Positions 1 to 12,804 of a DNA stretch of 64,000 nt are shown here, one piece after another; within the stretch, counting starts at the first letter, position 1, and each line of letters opens with the position of its first letter. Source of the DNA: Eledone cirrhosa. Lineage: Eukaryota. The DNA is taken from the NCBI GenBank assembly GCA_964016885.1, contig OZ024741.1:173538001-173602000 (forward strand), read 5' to 3'. A program made the position numbers and the translations under genes. Below the pieces are notes generated by a model that worked only from the letters and a program-made list of their open reading frames with translations, did no database searches and was not told the origin of the DNA.

Positions 1-290
1 TAATTGATTAACCAAGAATTTTGAGGGATTTACTAAAATTATTATTTCATTACCAAGATTAAAGGGTTCTTATATCAAATTATGCTGGAATATTTTAATT
101 TAAATAGAAACCCTTTAAAGTATGTGCTTTTGTTTCATAGAACCAGAGGTGGTTTTGGCCAGGTTTGTATCAAAGGGTTAAATGTATATAAGATTTGTTC
201 TGATTATTTTAAGGCTTATGTGTCCTCTGCTAGTCTAAATTATGTCACAATTTCATGAAATGTGTTTTCTAATTCTTTGTTATTTGGTAG

Positions 291-385
291 GTAATTCTTA
301 AAGAGCGCGAGGAGAAAAAGCGGCTCCGTTTGTTGGAGGTTGATCCAACTGTTAGTGCTTTGGATAATGATCTGGCTTCCCCAAG
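291..385 (+). CDS. SECISBP2L: SECIS-binding protein 2-like, internal coding exon (first visible in window)
   Basis: ttggtag| acceptor and |gtacat donor; translates VILKEREEKKRLRLLEVDPTVSALDNDLASP, matching the K-rich ILKERE motif of the SBP2 Sec-incorporation domain; ends in phase 2. Confidence 0.9.
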
Positions 386-519
386 GTACATATTATCTCT
401 CAGCTATTTCATTCCTACCTATTAAATCACATTGGATAACTGAATCCTTAGCCTAGGGTTTAATAACAATAGATTGATTTTGAGAAAGTGATTTTTACTT
501 ATAGCTTTTTATGTTGTTT

Positions 520-885
520 ACGACACTCTCTGTAAAGTGTTAGAGCAAGTGTCTTGATAAAATGCACCTGCCACACTCTGTAAAGTGTTAGAGCAAGTGT
601 CTTGATAAAATGCACCTGCCACACTCTATAAAGTGGTAGTGCTTGTGTTACAATAAAATACACTCAGTACACTCTGTAAAGTGTTAGTGTTGGTGTCACT
701 ATAAAATGGCACCCACTACACTTTGTAAAGTGGTTGGCATTAGGAAGAACATCCAACTTTAAAAAATCATGCCATAAATGGACCGTGTGAGCAAGACATG
801 GTTCTCCAATCTATCTAATCTTCGACTGTGACAACCCACTCAACTTATGCCAACATAGAAAGCAGATGTAAAATGATGATGATTC
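520..885 (+). mobile_element. SINE/RTE-tail element with internal tandem duplications
   Basis: Repeated cacactctgtaaagtg units, then ggttggcattaggaag...catgccaacatagaaagcagatgtaaaatgatgatgat 3' tail. Related copies lie at about 1790-2030, 2660-3065, 4450-4815, 7520-7858 and 43058-43235, and on the minus strand at 905-1015 and 38610-39000. Confidence 0.75.
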
Positions 886-1459
886 TTATAACAGAAGGGT
901 ATATATACATCATCTTCATCATCGTTTTTACATCCACGTTTCCATGCTAGCATAGGCTAGACAGGCTGGTTTGAGACAATGTTGTACAGCTGGATATCCT
1001 TCCTGTTGCCAACACCACTTTTAGTTACCTATTATGGTACGCAGGAATACAGTGTACTTATTCTAAAAACCAGGTTACAAATGGCATATATATATATATA
1101 ATTCGTTTTTGAATTTGTTTTGCGAGATTTCTTGTCTGAAAACGTGTGTTGACACAGATATTGTTATACATTGGGAAATTTATAATAAATTGAAGTGAAA
1201 ACCAACAGGTGCATGTGTTTTTATTGGCAACATGACCCTCCCAAAGTATAACAATATATATATATATGAAGTTTCCTTACAGTTTTCATCTACTAAATTC
1301 ACTTACAAAGCAATGGTCAGTCCAAGACTATTGTAAACATTTGCACAAGGTGCAATGCAGTGGGATTGAACCTGGAAACATGGTTGTGAAGCAAACTTAC
1401 CATGCCTAAACCTACATTTTTCTGTTTTTCTGTATAGAGTTATTAAGTTAAAATAAACC

Positions 1460-1510
1460 AATATATATATGCTTATATATATACATATGTATATGCTTAT
1501 ATTTGTATAC

Positions 1511-1541
<31 letters not shown>

Positions 1542-1543
1542 TA

Positions 1544-1627
<84 letters not shown>

Positions 1628-1662
1628 CATATGTATATATATATATATATATATATACATAC

Positions 1663-1707
<45 letters not shown>

Positions 1708-1746
1708 TATATATATATATATACATATATATATACATATATATAT
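1460..1746. repeat. (TA)n / (TACA)n microsatellite
   Basis: Seen directly; similar tracts at 36683-37012, 37735-37812, 39857-39987, 58260-58306 and 58710-58754. Confidence 0.98.
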
Positions 1747-2555
1747 CATCATCATCCTCGTTTAACATCTATCTTCCCCCCAACCCATATTGTAAAGTGG
1801 TAGTGTAGGTGTCACAAAAAGTATCCTGTACACACTGTAAATGTGGTTGGCATAAGGAAAGGCATCCAGCCATAGAAACCAAGCCAGAGTCAGTTCTGTA
1901 TGAGAAAAACATGATCTGACTTATCTGACTGATCTGACTGATCTGACTTATCTCAACGGGACAACTCGTCTAATCCATCCATGTTAGCATGGAAAAATGG
2001 ACATTAAACAGTGATGTTGATGATGATGTATACACACACATGCATGTGTGTATATGACTCTGTAGCGAAAGAGTCAACAAGAAGGAAAAGATTGCTTTAT
2101 ATATAAAAACAGCTAATTTATTAAGAATTGTCTACTCGAAAAATCTATAATCTTTACCTTAGGTTTGGACTTCTTAATTAAGGCAGGCTTTTATATTAAT
2201 AGATTGCAATTTGCAATCTAAGCCTAGCCATGAAACCTAAAGTAGTGTTATAAATTTTTCAAGTGTACATATGATACAATATATATATATATATATATAT
2301 GAAAAAGTATGACCCCGACGGCTATTTCTGGACTAAATTCGTCCAGAAATAGCCGTCGAAACGGCTTGAGCTCTGCCGTCGGGGTCATAATTTTTCCTAT
2401 TTCCCACTCTACTACCCTAAGTATTGAGTACCCCGGTGCGTTATGGTCCACCTGATTCCTTACCACAATTCCTTTGTTATATATATATATAATTAGCAAT
2501 TTTCTACTTTCTGACTTTTCCTTAACCTCACAATTTGTTTTGTTTGTTTTTCTAG

Positions 2556-2608
2556 TGTCCCAGTTGGCCTTGGTGTAGTAAATGCAGAAAGTGATTTGTC
2601 TCAAGATG
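2556..2608 (+). CDS. SECISBP2L: SECISBP2L small 53-nt coding exon
   Basis: tttttctag| acceptor and |gtatgt donor; reads (S)VPVGLGVVNAESDLSQD(A); phase 2 in, phase 1 out, bridging exon 291-385 to exon 3635-3821. Confidence 0.8.
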
Positions 2609-3464
2609 GTATGTAATTTTTTTTGTGTTTCTACATTCTTTTCAAGAAATCTAATTAGTAAATTCACCCAATTGCACCTCTCAAAGGCAACGGCACAGGA
2701 CTGAGACCTCTGGCGTTACGCTGTAATACAGATGACCCGACTTCCCACGAGTACAAGCCAAAGCTGAAGCATATAGACTATGCCACCCCTCTCCCACTGT
2801 AAAGTGGTCGTGTAGGTGTCATGACAAAAAGAACCCAGTCCACACTGTAAAGTGGTTGTATAGGCACCACGATAACAAATACCCAGTACTCACTGTAAAT
2901 GAGGTTGGTGTTAGGAAGGGCATCCAGCTGTAGAAATCAAACCAAAATCAGTTCAGTATGAGCAAGATATGGTCACCTGACCTGGCATTGCCCACAACAG
3001 GACAACCCATCTAACCCATGCTAGCGTGGAAAAATGGATGTAAAACGCTGATGATTAAGATGATGAACTGATTCCAATTAACTCTTGAATGTCTAAAGAC
3101 ATACTGGTACATCTTTCACTTCACACCTTTTGTGTGCCAAAGATGTACTGGTTTGTCTATTAGCTTCCATCTCTTGTTTACCATCGACATTACTGGTGCA
3201 TTTTAGTTTAGTTTTTCTGAACTACAGGTCCAGACAAAGTAAACAAAACAGATTTAGGTTTTGTTTTATTTTTAACATTTTTTTAATACAACAAAAATTA
3301 TCATATCTTACTTAGAGCATTGAAATATCAAAAATGGCACCAGGGGCACAGAGTTAATTATCTTTCTAATCTCTTTGTGTCAGACAGATCAATACTGCCA
3401 CATTAAACAGAACTAATTGGACCATCGTATCTGACCATACTCTTTTATAGTTTAGCATGTTTTG

Positions 3465-3625
3465 AATTCCTGTTTATGTGACATATACCATTCCTCTATG
3501 TGACCTATTGTAAAGCTCCTCCATATGACATGTAATGTTCCTTCATGTAACTCATTGTAACATCTCTTCATGGATGTAACATTCTTACCTGTGACATGCG
3601 CTAACGTCCCTCCATGTTCTTCCAT
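3465..3625. repeat. Degenerate short-period tandem repeat just upstream of an exon acceptor
   Basis: Recurring atgtgac/atgtaac...cattcct/ctcc units. Confidence 0.5.
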
Positions 3626-3634
3626 ATATTTTAG

Positions 3635-3821
3635 CTGCCAGTATGAAAGGTGATCATGGAGGAGCTACAACACCAGCTAGTGCAGACTTGTCCCCTGTGA
3701 GCCAAACGTCTCCCATAAGCATCAGTCCTCTCAGTTCAGGGGTCAATAGCCCTATTGCTGGAGCCACAGAGAAAGATGTCAATCCAGCAGTTCTTAAGAT
3801 CCATAGCAGGAGATTTCGTGA
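3635..3821 (+). CDS. SECISBP2L: SECISBP2L coding exon with IHSRRFR motif
   Basis: ttttag| acceptor and |gtaagt donor; ...ASMKGDHGG...NPAVLKIHSRRFR(E), the conserved IHSRRFR motif of SBP2/SBP2L. Confidence 0.92.
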
Positions 3822-5465
3822 GTAAGTAAATTTCAAATTATATTTTGACCCTTGTTAGGGTAAGGTATGTTAAAGGGCTTTTAACTCCTGATGGAATCGC
3901 AGGGTTGTTGATCTGGCACATGGCATGTCTTAAGTATTTTAAACTTCGCAGAGCTCATCCCTCTCCAAGTCTGGATACAGCTGATTCTTACCAAAGACAA
4001 AGGGTGAGCGTGGGGGAAAATCGACACTTGTACTGGACTGGTACTTTATTTATCAACCTTGAAAGGATGGAAGGCAAAATAGAACAAAGTGAGCTGGAAC
4101 GAATACTGAGGCATTTTTAATTTGATGCCCCAACAACTCTGCCAACTTGGACCTTTTTGTTACCAGATTTCTAATAAAGGGAAGGGCCATTGTGCTTCAC
4201 TTTATTTTGAAAATAAATGTTATCAAGTGTATGAAAGGTCTTTAGTAGTTATTGCAAATTGAGCAGACATATAATCAAAGACATCCTAGCCTTTTCATCT
4301 TTTATATATGTGCAGAGAACCCAGTGATACAATATAATAAAATGTGTCCTTTTCCTAGCATAGTAGAGGATGTAATTTGTGGAAAATTTTGCTGCTATTT
4401 CTAGTTAATCAAACGACTACATAGTCTTCTTCATAAAACATACAACAAAAAGCATCCAGCCCACCCTGTAAGATGGTCATGTTGGTGACACGACAAAAAG
4501 CACCCAGCCAACTGTAAGGTGGTTGAGTTGGAGACACAACAGAAAGTACCTGGTCAGCCCTGTAAGGTGGTCATGCTGGTTTCACAATGAAAAAGTACCC
4601 TGTCCATTGGTCGTTTTGGTGCCATGATAAGTAAGCACCCAGCCCATGCTGTAAACAAAATTTGTGTCAGGAAGGGCATTCGGCTGTAAAAACCAAGCCA
4701 GAAATAGTTCTGTATGAGCAAGACACAGTCACCTGATCTGACTTCTCATGGTGGGAAAATTCATTTAACCCATGCTAGCGTGGAAAATGGACATTAAACG
4801 ATGATGATTGTGATCTCTCTGCTCTTTCTACTCCTTGTTTTGTCTCTCTCTCTCTCCTCTCTCTTCCTCTATCTCATCTTTCTTAACAGCCGTTAAAAGA
4901 ATGTGCAATATCATTGTATATTTAGACTGAAAGATCATTTACTGCCCACTTCCTTTGCTAGCAAGTGAAGGTACTGACCTTTCAGAGGTCCAAGAACCTG
5001 CATTTCACTTATGTTCCTGCACCTTACTAAGTGTTCAAATGGGCTGGCAGCCTGCAACGCATGATTTCATGCACTACTGAGTGCATTTTATCACCAACTC
5101 TAGGCAGGTTTTCATGTCTTTGTCACAGCTGAAAAGTCCTCTGACTCTTTGTTTCTCAGGTTTCTACGACTTGATGCATTCCTATCACAAGTCACATTAC
5201 AGAATGCACTGGGTGCATTTATTGTGTAAATCACCAACACTAGGAAGTTTATGATGTTTTTGACACACATGAAGACTCTTCCTGACCCTTTGTTTGGCAG
5301 TTTTTCTATGGCTAGATGCCCTTCATATTACCTACCACCTTACTGGTTGCGTTTATTGTGTAAATCACCAAGACAAGAGAGGCTGTCATGTCTTTGACAC
5401 AACTGAAGAGTCCTCCCATTTAATTTATATCTTCTAATTAATTAAACTGTATTTAATAATTGTAG

Positions 5466-5571
5466 ATACTGTAACCAGATCCTTGACAAGGACATAGATG
5501 CTTGCTGTACGATGTTGCTGCGGGATCTAGTTTCATTCCAAGATAGACTTTACCATAAAGATCCTATAAAG
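5466..5571 (+). CDS. SECISBP2L: SECISBP2L coding exon
   Basis: tgtag| to |gtaaag; YCNQILDKDIDACCTMLLRDLVSFQDRLYHKDPIK, a conserved SBP2 segment; phases consistent. Confidence 0.95.
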
Positions 5572-6255
5572 GTAAAGAAAATAATCATGTTTAAACTCTC
5601 TTTCTCTTTTAGATTTCTCAAATACCCACCATATACACACAACATAGTCCTTTCCTTCCTACACACTACACAGTGCCTTCCTTCATACAGAGCCGCTTTC
5701 TCCCTACATAGTACACAGTCTCCACTTCCCTATGCTTGCATACTACACATCCTGCTCCTCCCTGGGATTTGTGGCACTTGAACTTAGTTGATTTTTTTGG
5801 AGCTTTTGCAGCAGTTCAGACAAAAAACTAAGTCTACAACACCTAGAAAAAATTCACTAGTTATTCCTACAAACTGGGCAGCATTTAACCAGCAATTAAA
5901 ACCTTGTAAGACCATCATCAGGACCACACAGGATGCTTGTGTGCATTGCTCAGTCTTCAAGCTCTCCCACACTGTAGCCTGCTTTTCTGCTCCCTTGATA
6001 AACAGAACATTAATGGCATCAATCTCACCAGTCTCAAAGGGTCTACAATGGCCATGGGCACTGTTCCTGCCTTGAGATCTAAAAGAAAAAAGTGTGTCCA
6101 AAATTTCTTCCCTCTCAAATACTTTCCAGCTCATAATTATCAGCAATTTTAAGGGAACATTAACCATAAGAAAACGAAAATTACCAGACCAGAAATATTT
6201 CTGTTAAATATTGATACAAAATATCTCAATAAATACTTTTCTTCTACTCTTGTAG

Positions 6256-6370
6256 GCTAAAATGCGACGCCGTATTGTGTTGGGGTTAAGAGAAGTTACC
6301 AAACATCTCAAGCTTAAAAAACTGAAATGTGTCATCATTTCACCAAATCTTGAGAAAATTCAGTCTAAAG
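6256..6370 (+). CDS. SECISBP2L: SECISBP2L exon, L7Ae RNA-binding domain N-terminal half
   Basis: tgtag| to |gttgga; AKMRRRIVLGLREVTKHLKLKKLKCVIISPNLEKIQSK(G), the L7Ae/L30 kink-turn-binding signature GLREV. Confidence 0.95.
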
Positions 6371-6990
6371 GTTGGATATTTTGAAAATATTTTTACATTT
6401 GATATTATTGAAGAACCATAAAGTACATGAGTGCATAGCTTAGTGGTTTGAGTGATGAATTCACAATCATAAGTTTGTGTTTGATTCCTAGACTGGGTGG
6501 TTCATTGTGTTTGTTGAGCAAGACACTTCATCTCACATTGCTTTCTGTCATTAAAATATCTGAGAAACCACATATGACATACAACCTCAGAGAAGGCCAG
6601 CTAAAATTATATAGCTGGTAAGACTGCTACCTTAGAAACCTCACATGAAATGCAATCTCATAGGAGACGAGGACACAGCATGAGGTTCAAGGTTTATTCC
6701 CACTGCATGGCATCTTGGGCAAGTGTTTTTTTTTTTTTCCATAATCTCAAGTTGACCCAAGCATTGTGAATGAAGCTGTAAGCCCATCAGCTTGACTACC
6801 TGTATTTCAAAGGGCCATCTTTGTCACACACTTTGTTATGCTAAATTGCCTTGAGAATTATGTTATGGGTATACATGTCTGTGGAATATGCAGCCACTTC
6901 TATGTTAATTTAATGACTTAGCAAGTTTGTTGTTAATAATATTGAAATAAACACTTTGAATCTATTTATTTATTTAACCTTTCCTTTCAG

Positions 6991-7145
6991 GTGGCCTTGA
7001 TGATGCACTGAATAATATCTTGAATCTTTGTACTGACCAGAATGTACCTTTTGTTTTTGCTCTGGGTCGTCGTGCTTTAGGACGAGCCTGTGCCAAATTA
7101 GTACCTGTTAGTGTTGTTGGAATATTCAATTATGAAGGCTCTGAG
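6991..7145 (+). CDS. SECISBP2L: SECISBP2L exon, L7Ae domain C-terminal half
   Basis: tttcag| to |gtaagt; GLDDALNNILNLCTDQNVPFVFALGRRALGRACAKLVPVSVVGIFNYEGSE. Confidence 0.95.
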
Positions 7146-8163
7146 GTAAGTATTTTATAATCATTATTTAGTTGATTTTTACATTGTCACCATTATTATA
7201 GCTGTTTCAAACATTTCAGTTTTCTAACTGAACACATCTCCACATTTTCCCTAATAATAAATTCAATGCCACATTCCCTTCTTTCTTTCAACCATCAAGT
7301 TATCTAATTATTGCCTAGTGTCTCATTATTAGAATTTTAAATACATATTTATATCATAATAACCATACAGCCTTTTTGTCTGTCACATGAATGCTACCAT
7401 CTGTCAAAAACATTTTAAAATTGTCATTCATACCAAAAATGATCATTCTCTAACTATCTATGTGTATCATCATCATTTTCTGTTTCTTTTTCTAAGCTTG
7501 CATATATATCTATATGAAATGTTGTAGTACTAGTATCACAATAAAATGTACTTAGTGCTCAGTCACAATGGAAGGCGGTAGTTCTAGTGCAACTATAAAA
7601 TGCAACCAGCTCACACTGCCACAAAAAGCACCTAGTCCTTCTTGCCAAGTGGTTGTGGTGGTACCTTGAGAAAACAAACTCAGTAGATTCTGTGAAGTGG
7701 TTGGCATAAGGAAAGGTAACCAGCCATAGAAATCATGCCAAAATGGAACTTATAAACAAGATACAGTCGCCTGACCTACCTGTCTAGCTTCAGAGCATGT
7801 CAAATCATCTAACCCATGCAAGTGTGGAAAATAAGTGTAAAACGTTGATGATGATGGTATAAACATAGTTTTGTTAAAGATTAGGAAAGAAATCAAATAT
7901 TACTTTCTTTATGTATTAGTTTCATAGAATTAATGGAATTTTTATTAAAAATTCCATTAATGAATGAATCAATGAATGAATGAATAACTGAACAACCTCA
8001 AGAATTTTGTTAATGTCATTGAATAAATATAACTTTTAGTTAAGTTGGAACTTCTTGTATTAAAACTCTGATTGATCAACTGTCATTTTTAATACTGCCT
8101 TTAGAGTTTGGTTTGCTATAATATTTTTTGTTCTGAAATATATTAAATATTCTTTACTTATAG

Positions 8164-9204
8164 GATAATTTCAGAAAATTGATGGAACTAACAGAGAAAG
8201 CTCGGCAGTCTTATGTGGAAATGGTTGCCATGATTGAAAAAGACATTCAAGAAAATGTACCTCAAATTTACTCTAATCCAACACAAATCTTTGCTCATAT
8301 GGGCCATTCCCGAACTCCGTCAGGCTGCAGTGGTATTTCGTTTGCCAGCAGTATTCTCTCAGAACCAATCTCAGAAAACTACCCCCAGTTAGAACCTGAG
8401 ACTGATAGCCGAGGCAATGAGATTGCTAAGAAAGAGAAAGACTCTGAAATGAAAATATCTCCCCTTTGTTTTCACCAAATAACTGCATCTTCTGCTATGG
8501 CTGAGATCGATGACGGCAATGAAGCTGATACAGAAGATTCTAACGACACAGCATGCACTCGCATTAGTAGCAATAATCTGGAAGCGTTGTCATCTGGCTT
8601 TGAGCAATGTGACAGTGAGAATGATGACGATGGTTTAAATAGTAATTTTATGTTACACGAAGCACTAAATGTATTGCCACATATTGATTCAATTCATTCT
8701 GTAGGTTATGAACTGAACACAGAGATTTTGTCTCAACATTCTGTACGCACAGTGGGTGACACCAGTGAAGTGTTATCAACACATTCTTCAAAAACTATTG
8801 GTGAGGGTAGCTCCACTATCGTTACAGAGACTTTCTCTGAACAGGGGCATCTTGATAAAACTACAAGTTGTGCCGACAGTTCCATCAATTTGACACGAGT
8901 GAAAACTGTGGAAAAAGACAAGCTGATACAAGACTGGGTTAAAGCATCTCAGTGCTGTTTGGAAGAAGGTGAAAGCAGTGATGAGGAAACCACTAAAGAG
9001 GATAGTTGTGAAAGCAGCGGGAGTTCAAGAGATTCTGCAGTCTTACCGACTCTTTCTTCATCACCATCTGCAGTGTTATCAAAGTCAAGCAGTACAACGA
9101 CAACAAACAACACACCTACAAAGACTACTGTCCTTAATGATGCAGGTAACACAAGTGTGTCACCAACACCTGTCGTTGGAACTGTTGAACTTTCTCCTCT
9201 CTAG
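8164..9204 (+). CDS. SECISBP2L: SECISBP2L terminal coding exon (long acidic, Ser/Thr-rich C-terminus)
   Basis: tag| acceptor at 8161-8163; DNFRKLMELTEKARQSYVEMV...HMGHSRTPSGCSGISFASSILSEPISE, resembling the SBP2L-type GHSRxPS...ISEPISE block; stop TAG ends at 9204. Confidence 0.92.
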   Translation, partial: DNFRKLMELTEKARQSYVEMVAMIEKDIQENVPQIYSNPTQIFAHMGHSRTPSGCSGISFASSILSEPISENYPQLEPETDSRGNEIAKKEKDSEMKISPLCFHQITASSAMAEIDDGNEADTEDSNDTACTRISSNNLEALSSGFEQCDSENDDDGLNSNFMLHEALNVLPHIDSIHSVGYELNTEILSQHSVRTVGDTSEVLSTHSSKTIGEGSSTIVTETFSEQGHLDKTTSCADSSINLTRVKTVEKDKLIQDWVKASQCCLEEGESSDEETTKEDSCESSGSSRDSAVLPTLSSSPSAVLSKSSSTTTTNNTPTKTTVLNDAGNTSVSPTPVVGTVELSPL

Positions 9205-10509
9205 CTTGTCTATTATTATTAATGATCTGCAAAATATTTTGTCATTTCAAATATGTTCTTTTCCTTATCTTTATCCGCCTGTTTCTTTTTTTTTTTTTTT
9301 GCATCACTTGCTTTATTCTCTCAATTTATTTGAGTCGGCTGTATTATATTTATTCTGCCTTATTGATCACTTCCCACTGACCTCATTCAACCTACTAATC
9401 AGTTTAGTAAGGCTTATGCCAAAAATACATACAAGTACATCAATATTTCAGGCAACTGATGGTCTGGCACCTCTTTTGATCCATACATAATTACGGGTGC
9501 AGACAGTGAATTGGTAGCATCATTAGAACGTCGAATGGTATGCTTTGCAGTATTTGTTCCGGCTCTCTCTGCTCTGAGTTTAAATTCCACTGAAGTCAAC
9601 TTTCATTCTTTTGGGGTAGATGAAAAATGTACCAGTCCAATACAGGAGTCGATTCTTTCTCTATATCTATTTCATTTCCTCTCTATCATTATCCTTCCTT
9701 CTCTGGAAGAAATTGTGTTCAGATATGGAGGAGGGATGGGCTCCACCAGCTTTAAAATTGCCCCAGAAATGCTGTACATCATTACAGCACTCTTACAACT
9801 CTACCAGGATTTACAAATTCATACACAATTATGGGTGCACAGACACTTGAATTTTCTGCAACTTGCCAGATTAGATAATTTGTGTCCAGATTTTAGTGAG
9901 TGGCATTAGATTTAATATTAAACATTTATCTCTTCATATTGTTATAGTTTAGGGTTAGAGAGATTGTTTTCGTCTTCATAAGTTGCTAGTGAGTTATTTC
10001 CTAGTCTAACAAAATTGATAATCTAGCATGCATCTGGAACAAAGTTTGCTTATACTTGTACTAGTATTCTCATAGAAATCGTTTAAAAGCTATTTTTTTT
10101 TTAATGTATTTTCAGTAAATTTTTTTACAGATTCTCTTTATTTCACAAAGATGATATATTTTATATCATAAAAATATGACCTCAACAGAAAAATGTACAA
10201 TGGTTGGTATAGATCTGCTACTTCTAAATCTAGAATTGTCAAACATTACATACATCTTATTGTTTTGTTGTTTTTTTTGCTTTATATTCCTCGTTAAATT
10301 CTTTCCCCTCCCCTTATTTATATTATTGTTACAAAACCACTTTTTTAAAAATTATATTTAATTATAATATATTGCCAATATTATTAGTCACCTGAACTTT
10401 CTAGCAATCTAAAACAACAACATTAATAGTAGCAGTAGTATAATAATAGCTGTCTGCAGAATTATGTTGTGTCCCACTATATGATACTCTAGCAAGCTTT
10501 ATTCTAGAG

Positions 10510-10573
10510 CAGTGGTTCCCAAATTGAGGGGGATATTATTTTTAAAAATAGGTTTCTTGGTTGGGAACCACTG
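10510..10573. mobile_element. Tiny hAT (Charlie-like) MITE
   Basis: TIRs CAGTGGTTCCCAA / TTGGGAACCACTG; 8-bp near-TSD ttctagag / ttatagag. Confidence 0.8.
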
Positions 10574-11184
10574 TTATAGAGGGAAAATATTTATACACTG
10601 GCCAAACAAACCATCTTCTGTCTTGCTTCATGGTGTTTAGAAGCAAAGAGGAGTCAAATATGTAAGCTTCCATTTAACTGAGTACACGACCAGGTTTCAT
10701 ATTCTTATTGAAGCCATATATTGGATTCATGATCATAAAGTTATGTCCTTGAGTAAGACACTTTATTTCAAATTGTTTTTCATATGACTGGGGCCCCTAT
10801 CATTAAAACACCCAAGAAATATGTAAAGTTTTAAACCTACATAAGTGTGAGCTGTAAATTTAATTCTCTCATTGATAAAAACAAAACAGTGATATGTCTA
10901 TCAGTTTTGTTGGTTTGATTTAAAGAATTGACCATGATCTGATTACTCAGCATTAATTGACTCAAGCTAACTAGATTATTGTTTAATCATACTGAAAAGT
11001 CTGTTAAATATCTAATTTGGTTAATTTTCTTACTGCTATATTTTATTAGAAGTGTTCTGTCTTGAATTGTTTATTTTCTCATTAGGAAAAATGTTACAAA
11101 AGAATATTATTAAAAAGTCATTCAAAGTATGTAATACGTTCATAATTAAAGCTCTGTTTTTCATGTAAAATATACAAAACTGTT

Positions 11185-12777
11185 ATCATCACCGTTTTAC
11201 GTCCATTCTTCCACGCTAGCATGGGTTAGATGGGTTGTCCTGTTGTGGGCAGTGCCCGGTCGGCTGACCATGTCTTGCTCATACGGGAACTGATTCTGGC
11301 TTGATTTCTACACCAACCTCATTTACAGTGAGTGCTGGGTGCTTTTCTCCGTGGCGCCTACACGTCCACTTTATAGTGTGGGCTGAGTGCTTTTTTGTTG
11401 TGGCACTTCCACGACCACTTTGCAGTGGGAGGGGGAAGGGGCATATTGTCTATATGCTTCAGCTTCAGCTTGTACCTGTGGGGGGGGGGGTCTGTATTAC
11501 TGCGTGATGTCAGAGGTCAAGGTGCAATTGGGTAAGGTCGGCTTTTATCACCTCATCCCAGGTCTTCTTGGGTCTCCCCACTCCGCGGCTTCCATCGACT
11601 TCTAGTGCTCTGCACCTTTTTATGCAGCTGTCATCCTTCATACGCATCACATGTCCATACCAACACAACCTCTTCCTGCATACAGCATTTGATTCCTCTT
11701 ATGCTCAGTCTCTCTCTTAATTCGTTTATGCTTTGCCATATGCGTATATTACTATTATACATCCATCGGAGAATGCAGGCTTCGTTTCTTTCTAATCTAT
11801 GCAAGTCTTCTACAGACAGCGCAAAGGTCTCACTACCATGTAACATTGCTGTTCGGATACACGCATCATACAGTCTGCCTTTCATTTTGAGGGAAAAGCC
11901 TTTTGCAGCTAGCAGTGGCAGTAGCTCCCTGAACTTCTTCCATCCTGTTCTTACCCTATTTATTGTACTTACTGAACACCAACCTCCACTGCTAATTCAG
12001 TCACCTAGGTAGCAGAAGCTGTCTACTGTTTCTACAGAGCCCTCCCAGAGTTTGGTGGTGCTTGTTTCCTGTGGCTGTGGGCTGCTTCCTTGGCCCAGTG
12101 CAGCTGCTACATGTGAAGCTTACATTCTTAGTTAAGCTTCCTGAGATCCCACTACATCTCTTGTGTACTCATTGTTTGCATTTGGGGCAGAGGATGGAGT
12201 TCCTACCTACACCTTTCCTACATACTGAGTAAGGCCATTTCCCTGACGGGATCTGTGTTCTGTTTTCTCGTCTATTTACAAGGACCTTAGTCTTTGTCAG
12301 GTTGACTTTGAGACCCTTTCCTTCTAGTCCCTGCTTCCATGTTTGGAATTTCTTCTCTAGTTCTACCATAGATTCAGCTATAAGTACGAGGTCATCTGCA
12401 TACAGGAGTTCCCATGGGCATCCGGTCTTAAACTCCACCGTTATTGCCTGCAAAACTATGATGAACAGGAGAGGGCTAAGAACAGAGCCCTGGTAGACAC
12501 CGACCTATATTCTAAATTCCTTGCTATAGTCATTGCTAATCCTAACTTTGCTGACTGCTCCCCTATACATGGCTTGTACAGCTTTCACAAGCCATTCATC
12601 TACTCCTAGTTTTCTAAGAGCCCACCAGATTACAGCACGGGGGAGACTCTGTCAAAGGCTTTCTCGAGATCGACGAATGCCAGGTAGAGTGGCTTACTTT
12701 TAGCTAGGTACTTTTCCTGTAACTGCATCACAAGGAAGAGGGCATCAGTGGTGCCTTTTCATGGCACAAACCCAAAT
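11185..12777 (-). mobile_element. 5'-truncated RTE-clade LINE (family A) with RT fragments and a 3' UTR matching SINE tails
   Basis: Minus-strand ORF pieces ...GCPWELLYADDLVLIAES... and KGRLYDACIRTAMLHGSET; 3' end ...catgctagcgtggaagaatggacgtaaaacggtgatgat. Confidence 0.9.
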
Positions 12778-12804
12778 TATATATATATATACATATATAT
12801 ATAT

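Noticed and set aside
1303-1808. Several 67-150-aa YIYI-rich ORFs (also 36642-37050, 39837-40046, 58670-59104)
   Set aside because: Translations of (TA)n microsatellites, which lack stop codons; not genes.
5784-6167. Intronic ORFs of 71-127 aa
   Set aside because: No recognisable domain; they lie in an SBP2L intron whose flanking exons already join in frame.
8733-9909. Overlapping and antisense ORFs around the last SBP2L exon
   Set aside because: Shadow frames of the real exon or SINE-derived 3' UTR sequence.
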